Below the pieces are notes generated by a model, which saw only the letters and a list, made by a program, of their open reading frames with translations, searched no databases and was not told where the DNA came from. A program made the translations under genes and the position numbers. Below, one piece after another: positions 54,319-63,582 of a stretch of 64,000 nt of DNA (position 1 is its first letter; each line of letters opens with the position of its first letter). The stretch lies in assembly GCA_030603365.1 (NCBI GenBank), contig JAUVXV010000007.1, positions 76,616 to 140,615 on the forward strand, read 5' to 3'. This stretch comes from Candidatus Heimdallarchaeota archaeon. GTDB taxonomy: Archaea; Asgardarchaeota; Heimdallarchaeia; Heimdallarchaeales; Heimdallarchaeaceae.

Positions 54319-56276
54319 ATGGAATTTTAAATCACCTTGAAAGCATTCTACTAAAAATCGATAGAATACTACTAAAGCAAGGTCTCAAGGAAAATGAGAT
54401 TTTTCGTGAAGGCTTTAAAATTCTAGGAGAACTATATCTCCTTTCTAGTTTAGAAAAAACAAATCTACTTAATTCAAATGATTCTTTTAGTAAGAAACAA
54501 GAAATCGCACGCAGATCATTTCCTACAATTCTATCTGGTTCATTAAACAGTTCCTGGAGTTCTATTTACACTAGATTGCTACAATTACAAAGAGATATTT
54601 CAGTAAACTACCATTCAGATATTCTGGGGTCCTTATATCAACAAATCCTCACTTCTTCTTACAAACAGGATAAGGGTGTTGTATTCACCCCATTACCAAT
54701 AGTAGAGTACTTGTTATCTCAAATTGGTTATCAATTAGAAAAGTTTCAGGAAAAAGCTAGGATTATTGATTTAGCATGTGGTTCAGGTTTGTTCCTTAGT
54801 ATGAGTGCAGAAAAAGCTATCAATGCAGCATTAGCTCAAAATCTAAACAGTGGGGAAATACAGGATTATATAAGCAAAAACATAATCGGTTTCGATATAG
54901 ATCCAGAAGCAGTATTTATTTCTCATATCAATCTAGCAAATCAGGTTATTCGGCAGTTGGGCAAGGATTATGAACTAGATTCAGTATTCACTCCTAATAT
55001 TCATCAGACCAATTCTTTAATTAGAAACTGTAGAACTGATTCAGCTGAAGTTAAACAATTAAAGAAATCCAAATACTCTTTTGTAATTGGCAATCCACCT
55101 TACATCGAAGCAAAAATAATGGATAAAAAAACCAAACAAATTTGCTTGAAACATTTTCCTGATGCAGCTACTGGTCATTTTGATGTATACTCATGCTTTC
55201 TTTCATTAGGTTCGAATATTCTAACTCCGGATGGAAAATTAGGTTACATTATTCCAAATAAATTTCTTAGTTCTAGATATGCTAGGAAACTTAGAGAGAA
55301 ATATCTTCTAGAAAATCGGATATCACAGATTGTAGATCTTGCTCATCAAAATGTTTTCCAACCAGCTGTCTACCCTATAATATTAGTTCTAGATAACCAA
55401 AACCCGCTAAAGAATCAAATGAAAATTACTAGAGTAAATCATTATAATGAATTACTTGATACTAGTTTTTCAGAAAGATTGAAGAAAATTGAAGTTGGTA
55501 ATTTTCTTAAAACAAAAAATAGAACCATTTTCCTTCCAGATAATTTAGTGTTAGAAATGATTAATAGAATTTTTGCTAATAATTCTCTGAATTTAGGTGA
55601 TCTTATTAGATTCAGATGGGCTATCTCATTTCATAAGAAAGGATTAAGAGATCAGTTTGTTTTTGAAGAACCTATAGGAGTAAATCCTGTTCGTTTTATA
55701 GGAGGGAAGGCTTTTGGTGGAAATAGAGAAGTTAATCGGTATAATATTAATTGGAGAGGTTACTGGATAGATTATAATCACAATAAAGCTAAGAGTTTTA
55801 GCAATAATTTCCCTAATTACAAGTATTTTGGAGACAAAAAAATAATTATCTGCCAACATGCACTTAGAATTCGAGCTACAATAGATACAGAAGGATACAC
55901 ATGCAAAGATATTTTTCTGCTTGGACACCTAAAAAATAAAGCAAAAGAGGAGGGAATAAATCTGGAATATATTTTAGCTCTTCTAAATTCAGAGCTATAT
56001 AGTTTTCTTTATTCCAGCATGTATTCAAGTACTGAAATTATGGGAAAATATTTGCATTATCTACCAATGTATCTACATGATTTACCTGTGATTATTCCAT
56101 CAAAGGAGGATTTAGTATTTCTCGAAAAACAAGTAAATCTAAGATTATTAGAAAAAACTAATGAATTTACCGGTATAGATGAGATACTAGACAACAAAAT
56201 CTATGAAATATACCAATGTACTAAAGAAGAAGAAGAAATAGCAAAAACACATATAAGAGAATATTTAATCAAATAA
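54319..56276 (+). CDS. N6-adenine DNA methyltransferase, Eco57I/TaqI-like. The annotated start requires a 1-nt frame change in a T4 run; the conservative uninterrupted ORF is 54576..56276.
   Basis: Motif I is IIDLACGSGLF and motif IV is FVIGNPPYIEAK. The frame is open for 83 codons upstream of the TTG at 54576 with no in-frame ATG, GTG or TTG. An ATG at 54319, preceded by GGAG, is out of frame by one base. Confidence 0.8.
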
Positions 56277-56339
56277 TGTTAGAGAAAATAATTGAAAGAA
56301 AATTGATTGTTATAATAGTCATACTTCACGGTTGAGGAA

Positions 56340-58367
56340 ATGGATAGAACTAATCAAGAAGAAGGAGTAAGTGCATTTACAAAATTCATAAACAAATATC
56401 CTAAGCTTCAGAAGTCATATGAAAATTCAAGATTGTATCTTAAAAAGAAGAGCAGTGAAGGAAGTAAAGCTTTCAAGCATGGGATGAATAAATCTTGGAT
56501 TTTTACTAGAGAAAATATTATTCCTTATTTTGCACCATTAGCATTCATATTTCTATTTTTCTACTACATTTTTATCCATCCTTTTGTAAAGTTATTTTCA
56601 TGGTTATACAAAACAATCTTACCTCCTAAAGCAAGAACTATTATTACAAAAATCTCTTTAATCATTTTAGCAGGTATATTTACACTTGTATCAGTCATTG
56701 GTAAGATACTACTCATAATATTTGACATTCTTGTACCAACTGGATTAAGAGAACTTGTTCCTCTCCTACAACTTTACAGAAAATATTTTCTTGTAGCAGC
56801 TAATATCCTATCTGGTGAAAAATCTAAAGAAATTATGGAAGTGTCAGAGGAACTTGATGAGTTAGTGTTAACAGAACAAAAAATGATTAAAAACTATCCA
56901 ATTCGAAGAGGAGTTGGAGAAGTAATCAATCTTGCAGTAACACCTCTAGTTTTTATTGCTATTCCAACTTTAATCGTCCGAATTTTTAGAATTGGTTATG
57001 CTACAATATTCTATACATTTGACCTCCTACCAACTCTTGGTCCCCTTGGGTCACCAAATTATCTCAAATATTTCGATTTGTTAAGATTAATTGAAGACTT
57101 AACAGGATTAGGTCCAATATATTCTGTAGCTCTTTTTGGTACAGGACTTCTTATTGCCAGCTGGATCGCAACAATTTTTGGTCCAATTTATGCGATTTTT
57201 CACAGTTGTAGTGTAATATTAATGAGATATGGTGGTTATAGATGGGCTAATATATACATGAGTTTGGAAAACTTTTTCTCACTTCCATATCACGCTGCTA
57301 AATCTTCTTTCAGTTTCTTTGATGCGCCACCTATATCAGCTGAAACGTATAAAGATTTTAAACTTGAGATTGTAGAAGAAGTTGACATTATAAAAAAGAA
57401 AGTACAAAATCTAATAGCCTTGGATCCCAAGAAAGTTCCAGAGCGATCTAAAGAGATGTTAGAAGAGCTTCTAGGCAAAGCAGAACTTACATTAAACGAA
57501 CTCGATATTTCAAGAATTGAACAAGAAACAGCGAGAACTTTTGCGCTGTTAATATGGAGCAAAGAATCGTCTATTCTGCCATGGGTTACTAATGAAGCTA
57601 AGATTAAATTTGCAAAAAATAATGAAATGTCGACAGAAGAAGTTAGAAAGTCATTTCGTATCATTCTTAAGAAAATTGAAGAAGGATATCTTACTGATGA
57701 TTTATTCTCATCAGTTCTAATAACTGGTGCTTTGAAAGGTATAAATGATCAACAGAAGAAATACAAACAACTATTGGACGATATTGAATATAACAAACTA
57801 GCAATTTCCTTGGCTCTGGGAGCTCGACAGTATTTGAAAGACCAGTTTACAAAGAAACCTTGGTACAAGAAAATTGGAAAGAAAATATTGATTTCACTAA
57901 TAGCACCGTTCATGCCTGTAGGTGTGTTTTTCCAAGCTCTCTACAATTATTTCAAACATGTTGTTCTATCAACCTTACGAACAATTGTAGCTCTTGTAAC
58001 TACCAGAGTTGGTAGATTTATCTCTAGCAGGTTTCTTGAAATCAGAGACACAATTATCACTACTTTCAATAATGTATCTTCTAGAGGAAAGAGATTCAGT
58101 TTTAAAGAAGACTTAAACATAGATTTCAACAAATATCTCAGATTGTTTGGAAAGTTTATTTTTGGAGTTATTTTATTAGCTCCAATCCTATTGATTTCTC
58201 TATTTAAAGCTCTAAAACGTAACTTTCAAAGAATTTGGAAGAGAAGAAGTACTGAAGAAAAAATGAAAAGAATGTTTGAGAAAGAATTAGCTACAGCTTC
58301 CTTAGTAGCAATGTATCAAGAAATTTATGATAAAATGCTTATTTCAGACATTTTAATTACAGATTAA
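56340..58367 (+). CDS. Large polytopic membrane protein, uncharacterised family (paralogue B)
   Basis: 675 aa. The shared blocks are VPTGLRELVPLLQLYRKY, NYPIRRGVGE, FGPIYAIFHSCS, FSLPYHAAKSSFSFFDAPPIS, ALLIWSKESSILPW and LVAMYQEIYDKM. Confidence 0.7.
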   Translation: MDRTNQEEGVSAFTKFINKYPKLQKSYENSRLYLKKKSSEGSKAFKHGMNKSWIFTRENIIPYFAPLAFIFLFFYYIFIHPFVKLFSWLYKTILPPKARTIITKISLIILAGIFTLVSVIGKILLIIFDILVPTGLRELVPLLQLYRKYFLVAANILSGEKSKEIMEVSEELDELVLTEQKMIKNYPIRRGVGEVINLAVTPLVFIAIPTLIVRIFRIGYATIFYTFDLLPTLGPLGSPNYLKYFDLLRLIEDLTGLGPIYSVALFGTGLLIASWIATIFGPIYAIFHSCSVILMRYGGYRWANIYMSLENFFSLPYHAAKSSFSFFDAPPISAETYKDFKLEIVEEVDIIKKKVQNLIALDPKKVPERSKEMLEELLGKAELTLNELDISRIEQETARTFALLIWSKESSILPWVTNEAKIKFAKNNEMSTEEVRKSFRIILKKIEEGYLTDDLFSSVLITGALKGINDQQKKYKQLLDDIEYNKLAISLALGARQYLKDQFTKKPWYKKIGKKILISLIAPFMPVGVFFQALYNYFKHVVLSTLRTIVALVTTRVGRFISSRFLEIRDTIITTFNNVSSRGKRFSFKEDLNIDFNKYLRLFGKFIFGVILLAPILLISLFKALKRNFQRIWKRRSTEEKMKRMFEKELATASLVAMYQEIYDKMLISDILITD

Positions 58368-58420
58368 GATTGGAATGATACATTCGGAATGTTAAAATTC
58401 TTCTTTGTGAATGTTTTCTA

Positions 58421-60172
58421 ATGTCTTCTACTGCTAATAATACAGATTCACATGAGGAAGTAGCTGAAAACAAAGAAGAGGAAATTGAAGAGTTAAAACA
58501 TGAAGAAACTATAGAGAAAGAAATGAAAAAAAGAGGAAAATTCACTTTTGTTGTACTTTCGGTTCTAATTTCTATAATCTCAATAGGAACAAAATTCCTA
58601 ATGGTAATTTATGACATTTTAATACCTAAAGCACTTAGGGAGTATGTTCCTATTCTCAATATGATTCGTAAAATAGCATTACCTATTTCTGAAATATTAG
58701 CAGGGAAAAAATCAAAAGAAATAACTGAAGTAGCTAATGAGTTGGATGAACTTGATCTTAAAAAAGAAAAGGTGATGAAAGCTTATCCACTCAGGAGAAC
58801 TATAGGTCAAGCTTTGAGTATGGGTGTGTCTCCACTCATATTAATTGTAATTCCTACTATTATTTGGAGAGATGATTTAATCCATATAGTTCAAACAATC
58901 TTTCTAGATGCTTTCAATTGGTCAGTTCCTCCTTGGTTAGTATTCATGATTTTAGGAACTGTTATGCTGATTTTATCCTGGATAGTTACACTCTTTGGTC
59001 CTTTATATGTTATTTTTCATAATTCAAGTAATTATATGCTAAAATTAGGTGCTTATCGATGGGCATCTATATTCCAGGATTTAGAGAATTTGTTTGCAAT
59101 CCCATATTATGCAGCAAAGTCGTCATTCTCATTTTTCGATGCTCCACCTATATCTAGTGAAACATTGAAAGAATTCAAGCTTGACATAAAAGAAGAATTG
59201 GATGCAGTAAAACAAAAAGTTGAAGGACTATTAGCTCTTGATGCAAATAATGTTTCAGATAGATCGAAAAAACAACTTGAACAACTATTAAAGAAAATTG
59301 AAATACCATTAGAAGAACTCGATCTCTCAAAAATAACAGATTCAACAGCTAGAACATTTGCTTTATTAATTTGGACAAAAGAATCTTCTATGTTACCTTG
59401 GAGAAGAAAAGAAGCTTTTGAAAAATTTGCATTAAGAAACAATTTAACTAATCAAGAAGTAGAAGAAGCTTTTATTCTTCTAAATAAGAAACGTAAAGAG
59501 GAAGGAATTGCAGAAGAAACAGTCAAATCAATTTTAGTTACAGGAGCTCTTAAAGGAATCTCAAAGCAAGAAAAGAAATACAAACAAATTATGACAGACA
59601 TAGAAGCTAACAAACTTGCCATTTCATTAGCCTTAGGAACTGAACAGTATTTAGAAGACATTTACTCAACTCTACCAAAATTCGTTAAAATCATTAGAGG
59701 AATAGGACTATCTATTCTAGCCTTTTTGATGCCATTGTCGCTGATTATTTTTGCAATTTTATTGTATATTAAACACGTTCTTTTTACATTAGCAAAAACA
59801 ATATTCTCAAAACACACAATATTGATTCATAAATACATCTCTAAGAGATATAGAGAAATAAAAACAACTCTCATTGAAACATATCAATCAGTCAAAGCAA
59901 AAGGCAAGAAGTTTAATTTCAAGGAGGATGTCGATATAGATTTCAAAGGATTTTTCAAGATATTGGGTAAAGGATTTCTTTCGCTAATACTTGCTTTAAT
60001 TAAGTTGGCTATCTTATGGCCTCTTTGGAAATCACTGTACATCAGAATCACCAAATTAATTACTAGAAGAAAACCTGAAGCTAAAATGAGAAGAATGTTT
60101 GAAAAGGAACTAACAACAGAATCCTTAGTATTCATGTACCAAGAAGTTTACGACAAAATAATTACAACTTAG
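58421..60172 (+). CDS. Large polytopic membrane protein, uncharacterised family (paralogue C)
   Basis: 583 aa. The shared blocks are IPKALREYVPILNMIRK, AYPLRRTIGQ, FGPLYVIFHNSS, FAIPYYAAKSSFSFFDAPPIS, ALLIWTKESSMLPW and LVFMYQEVYDKI. Confidence 0.7.
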   Translation: MSSTANNTDSHEEVAENKEEEIEELKHEETIEKEMKKRGKFTFVVLSVLISIISIGTKFLMVIYDILIPKALREYVPILNMIRKIALPISEILAGKKSKEITEVANELDELDLKKEKVMKAYPLRRTIGQALSMGVSPLILIVIPTIIWRDDLIHIVQTIFLDAFNWSVPPWLVFMILGTVMLILSWIVTLFGPLYVIFHNSSNYMLKLGAYRWASIFQDLENLFAIPYYAAKSSFSFFDAPPISSETLKEFKLDIKEELDAVKQKVEGLLALDANNVSDRSKKQLEQLLKKIEIPLEELDLSKITDSTARTFALLIWTKESSMLPWRRKEAFEKFALRNNLTNQEVEEAFILLNKKRKEEGIAEETVKSILVTGALKGISKQEKKYKQIMTDIEANKLAISLALGTEQYLEDIYSTLPKFVKIIRGIGLSILAFLMPLSLIIFAILLYIKHVLFTLAKTIFSKHTILIHKYISKRYREIKTTLIETYQSVKAKGKKFNFKEDVDIDFKGFFKILGKGFLSLILALIKLAILWPLWKSLYIRITKLITRRKPEAKMRRMFEKELTTESLVFMYQEVYDKIITT

Positions 60173-60279
60173 ACTTTTAAAAAACATCTGTTTTTCTTTT
60201 ATTACTCAATTTTGGAAAAGAAAACTTAAGAATGGGTTACTAATCTGTTGTTACAACTCATATCCTAATAGGTGAATAA

Positions 60280-61425
60280 TTGACTATAGAAGAACCGTTA
60301 AAAGGGGAGAAATTTGGCCCTGCGGTCGTATCATTAGCAAATGCAGCACGAGCTTTTGATGCACCAGTTAGATACCCACTAATATTTTCATCACCCGATG
60401 TATTCGTAAAACCTATGGCTATGCCAAGGGGATCCTCATTCATAGCATTAGTAGAGCATTTCTTTGGGCTTGTGATACTTCTAACTATTTTAAGTATCAC
60501 TCGAGGATTTAAGAAATTATTCGCTCCACTCAAGCAATTTACAAAACGAGACTGGATTTCCTTGATATTCATTTCTTTCGGTGGTTCAGCGTTAGGTCTC
60601 TTCTTTTACCTAATCTCTTTTGGTTTAGGAAATCCAACAATAGCTATTCTAATTCAAAAAGCTCAACCTCTCATAACATTAATTTTCGCATATGTGATTC
60701 TAAAAGAAAAATTATCAAAAAGATTTTACATAACCTTGTTCTTCGCTCTTGTAGGAATAGGATTAATGGTAACGCCTGATATAATTGATAAAATGCAAGC
60801 TTCTACCACACTTGGTGTTTATGGTATCATTGCAATTCTCTGTTCTCTCTTAGCTGCTGTGTTTTGGGGCGGTTCAACTGTATTTGGTCGTATTTTGATT
60901 GAAAAAGTAGATTTTTGGAATCTTACACTTTTTAGATATATAGGTGGTTTTATTTTTCTTTTATTTCTAAATATCCCCCTTCTAACTTATACTCCTGAAT
61001 ATTTCAATATGCTTGGTTCGGAGATTAATGTTTTTGGTTATTATGACTCCGTAGCAGGAGGTTATGTCCCCGTAGATTGGAAATGGTTTGGAGGTGTAGG
61101 AATACTTTATTCAGCAATTCTTACTGGAGGAATTCTCCCTCTTGGACTATATTATTTTGGATTAAAAAGATCAAAAGCAGCAATAGCAGGTTTAGCAGAA
61201 CTGGCTTTTCCTTTACTTGCAATAGTAATCAACTATGTTTTCTTGGGATTTGGTGTTTCAAGTAATAGAACTTTGGCTATTCTTCAAATTATTGGGGCAG
61301 TTTTACTTCTAATTAGTGTTTCAGTGCTTTCATACGTAAATGCAAGAGAAATGATGAAAGTAAAAACAGAAAACACGAAGTCGAAAGTAGAAGAAACGGA
61401 CAAAGAAGAAGACAATGAAACGTAA
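60280..61425 (+). CDS. EamA/DMT-family transporter
   Basis: It has about 10 hydrophobic helices in a duplicated 5+5 arrangement and an acidic/basic C-terminal tail. The start is uncertain: the track uses a TTG, and the internal MAMPRG is an alternative. Confidence 0.65.
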   Translation: MTIEEPLKGEKFGPAVVSLANAARAFDAPVRYPLIFSSPDVFVKPMAMPRGSSFIALVEHFFGLVILLTILSITRGFKKLFAPLKQFTKRDWISLIFISFGGSALGLFFYLISFGLGNPTIAILIQKAQPLITLIFAYVILKEKLSKRFYITLFFALVGIGLMVTPDIIDKMQASTTLGVYGIIAILCSLLAAVFWGGSTVFGRILIEKVDFWNLTLFRYIGGFIFLLFLNIPLLTYTPEYFNMLGSEINVFGYYDSVAGGYVPVDWKWFGGVGILYSAILTGGILPLGLYYFGLKRSKAAIAGLAELAFPLLAIVINYVFLGFGVSSNRTLAILQIIGAVLLLISVSVLSYVNAREMMKVKTENTKSKVEETDKEEDNET

Positions 61426-61429
61426 TTTC

Positions 61430-61999
61430 CTACCAATCAATTCCAAAAGTAATTTCAAGTTCCTTTGGATCAATAATTTTTCCTTGATTGAAATTGAGTA
61501 AGGTTATACGATTCTTCAAATATGATTGTAGATCATTCATTAGACCGTCATAACCAGCTTTATCTATTTCTTTTTCTAAACGTAAAGTAATTGTAAATAT
61601 CTTAATCGCGCTATCATATTCAGTTTCAACTTCTGCAAAAGTGTGACTGAAGAATTTTGATCTGAACATCTCTTCGATTTCATTGTACCTTTCAGTCAAG
61701 AACCATGCTGGAACAAGTTCTTCTACCTCCTCTGTAACTTCCTCATAAGCTGTTTTCTTCTTCTCATGATAGACACTCAATAGTTTAAAGATGAGTTCAT
61801 CAATTCGAAGTTTGAGATATTCATTAAGGGTTTCACTGGAAAGCAACTTTGATTTTACATTCTCAAAATAGTCAGCAAACATCTGATCGCTGTAATGAAT
61901 CATTTTTGAATCAAACCAATTACCAACAGTTTCAAGAATTGAGTTGAGATCTAGCTCAAATATAAGTGTTTCAACTTTTTCCTCTTCACTCATATACAT
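61430..61999 (-). CDS. Hypothetical protein (189 aa), acidic and alpha-helical
   Basis: ORF only. I recognise no motif. Confidence 0.5.
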   Translation of the reverse strand: MYMSEEEKVETLIFELDLNSILETVGNWFDSKMIHYSDQMFADYFENVKSKLLSSETLNEYLKLRIDELIFKLLSVYHEKKKTAYEEVTEEVEELVPAWFLTERYNEIEEMFRSKFFSHTFAEVETEYDSAIKIFTITLRLEKEIDKAGYDGLMNDLQSYLKNRITLLNFNQGKIIDPKELEITFGIDW

Positions 62000-62067
62000 C
62001 CCTTTAATGAAGTGAAATTAGTTTACTATTAACTAACTTGCTTAAATATTATTCTGTGGATTAACTG

Positions 62068-63438
62068 TTACAGACATATCCAAAAGGTCTCGTAATACAG
62101 TGGAGAGTTTAAAATTCTGAAGTCCTGAGGGATATGGATATGATTTCCTGCAAATCGTTGATAAGTCCAATCTCCTGCTTCGTAGACGAAACCACAGGTT
62201 CCTGATGCTATATCATTATTTATCCCATCTACCCAATAGCTCTTGACAATATCAGCATCATAAATTTCATCATACCAAGATAAGATATAAGTAATTAGAC
62301 CTTGGTCACCAAGACTCATTATTACATCAATAGCAGTGATAATACCATTTTGGAAGGTATCGTTCCTTAAGTCATGAGCAGTAACTAGAACATCTGTAAA
62401 AGTTTCAGTGAATGTTTGACTGTTAATTTTGACGGTAGGAATAATCAAAGATCCTCCATTAGCATTTCTTCTGGAAACTTCGTCAGTGAAGATAGAATAT
62501 ACATTATTGATGAAACTGAAATCTTCTTTAAAAACCCTGAAAACAGTTTTCTCTTTCCATGGATAGTGATCCATACGGAAAACATTTCTCTCCCACCAAC
62601 CGCCTGAATAGTATGCTTGATACCAGAATCCCGTTTCACCATCAATTGAGTCAATCACATGCGTATTCATCTCTGCATCAAAATGATATTCCATATTCAA
62701 TAAATCTGCAGATTCAAGATTAGCAAGAATATCAAACAAAGAGAAAGAACCTTCATGGAATAAGTCAGGACGTACTGATATCATACTTTCTGGATTGAAT
62801 TTGTATGTAATTCCATTCACTTCGATTGGTACATTGCCCTCGGGTGTTGGAGGTGGAGGTAGGTTCTTTGGAATTTGTAGATAAATTGCTCCTGAGATAA
62901 GTGCAATTGTTGTAGCAACAATAGCTATATCCACAATTTTTTTTCTTACTTTTCTTCTCATTAGGAAGAATTTCAAACCGATGCCAATGTGGATTAGAAT
63001 AGCGATATTCATGAACAAGTCTAGTTGTCTATGCCAAGAGAAAGGAACCAAGGTTCCAAAAGTATTAGCAAACCAGACATAACCGTTTAAACCTGATAGA
63101 ATTGTTAAGAAAATAATTACTAAAGTTGACCAACTAGTTACTTTTTGAACTAGTCTAAGGAAATTTATGTAAGTTCCTTTACGTTGTTGTATCTTGGAAA
63201 CTAGTTTTGCTGATTTGATTTTAACTTTCCAGAGTGTATAAACTAGATGATACAATAAAAGACCAATGAAAAACCATTCAAAGATTCTGTGTAACCTTGA
63301 TAATAGAAACTGATCAACAAACCAGTTTTGAGTTTGCCCATACCCAGTGATAATCGTTGCGAAGAAAAACCCTACTAGCAGCCAGGACACGGCTCTGTGT
63401 ATTCTAACACTTATTGAAGCCATTTTGTATGTTAACAT
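62068..63438 (-). CDS. Membrane protein with an N-terminal His-containing 4-5 TM bundle (cytochrome-b/DUF4405-like) and a C-terminal extracytoplasmic domain
   Basis: His residues are conserved in position within the helices (RIHRAVSWLL, LHRIFEWFFIGLLLYHLVY, WHRQLDLFMNIAILIHIG). The soluble domain of about 270 aa follows a PPPPTPEG linker. Confidence 0.55.
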   Translation of the reverse strand: MLTYKMASISVRIHRAVSWLLVGFFFATIITGYGQTQNWFVDQFLLSRLHRIFEWFFIGLLLYHLVYTLWKVKIKSAKLVSKIQQRKGTYINFLRLVQKVTSWSTLVIIFLTILSGLNGYVWFANTFGTLVPFSWHRQLDLFMNIAILIHIGIGLKFFLMRRKVRKKIVDIAIVATTIALISGAIYLQIPKNLPPPPTPEGNVPIEVNGITYKFNPESMISVRPDLFHEGSFSLFDILANLESADLLNMEYHFDAEMNTHVIDSIDGETGFWYQAYYSGGWWERNVFRMDHYPWKEKTVFRVFKEDFSFINNVYSIFTDEVSRRNANGGSLIIPTVKINSQTFTETFTDVLVTAHDLRNDTFQNGIITAIDVIMSLGDQGLITYILSWYDEIYDADIVKSYWVDGINNDIASGTCGFVYEAGDWTYQRFAGNHIHIPQDFRILNSPLYYETFWICL

Positions 63439-63582
63439 TTCCTTCTAAGAATAAAAAGCCTAACATGTTACAAAAAAATGAGTAACTATACAATTCAATT
63501 CACAAAACTGTTAATTTAAATACAAAATAGTTATGAAAATGTTTATTTTAGATTAGTACAACGTTATTATTGGATTGATTTA

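Noticed and set aside
57290-57664. Antisense ORFs of 124 aa (57290..57664) and 111 aa (59107..59442) at equivalent positions of paralogues B and C, sharing DIGGASK
   Set aside because: Their apparent conservation follows from the conserved sense-strand block (SFSFFDAPPIS read on the opposite strand). There are no independent start or promoter signals. They are mirror-frame artefacts.
60258-60572. 104-aa minus-strand ORF overlapping the start of the EamA-like gene
   Set aside because: It is antisense to the transporter ORF and has no motif. It does make the true start of the transporter (TTG at 60280 versus the internal Met) uncertain.
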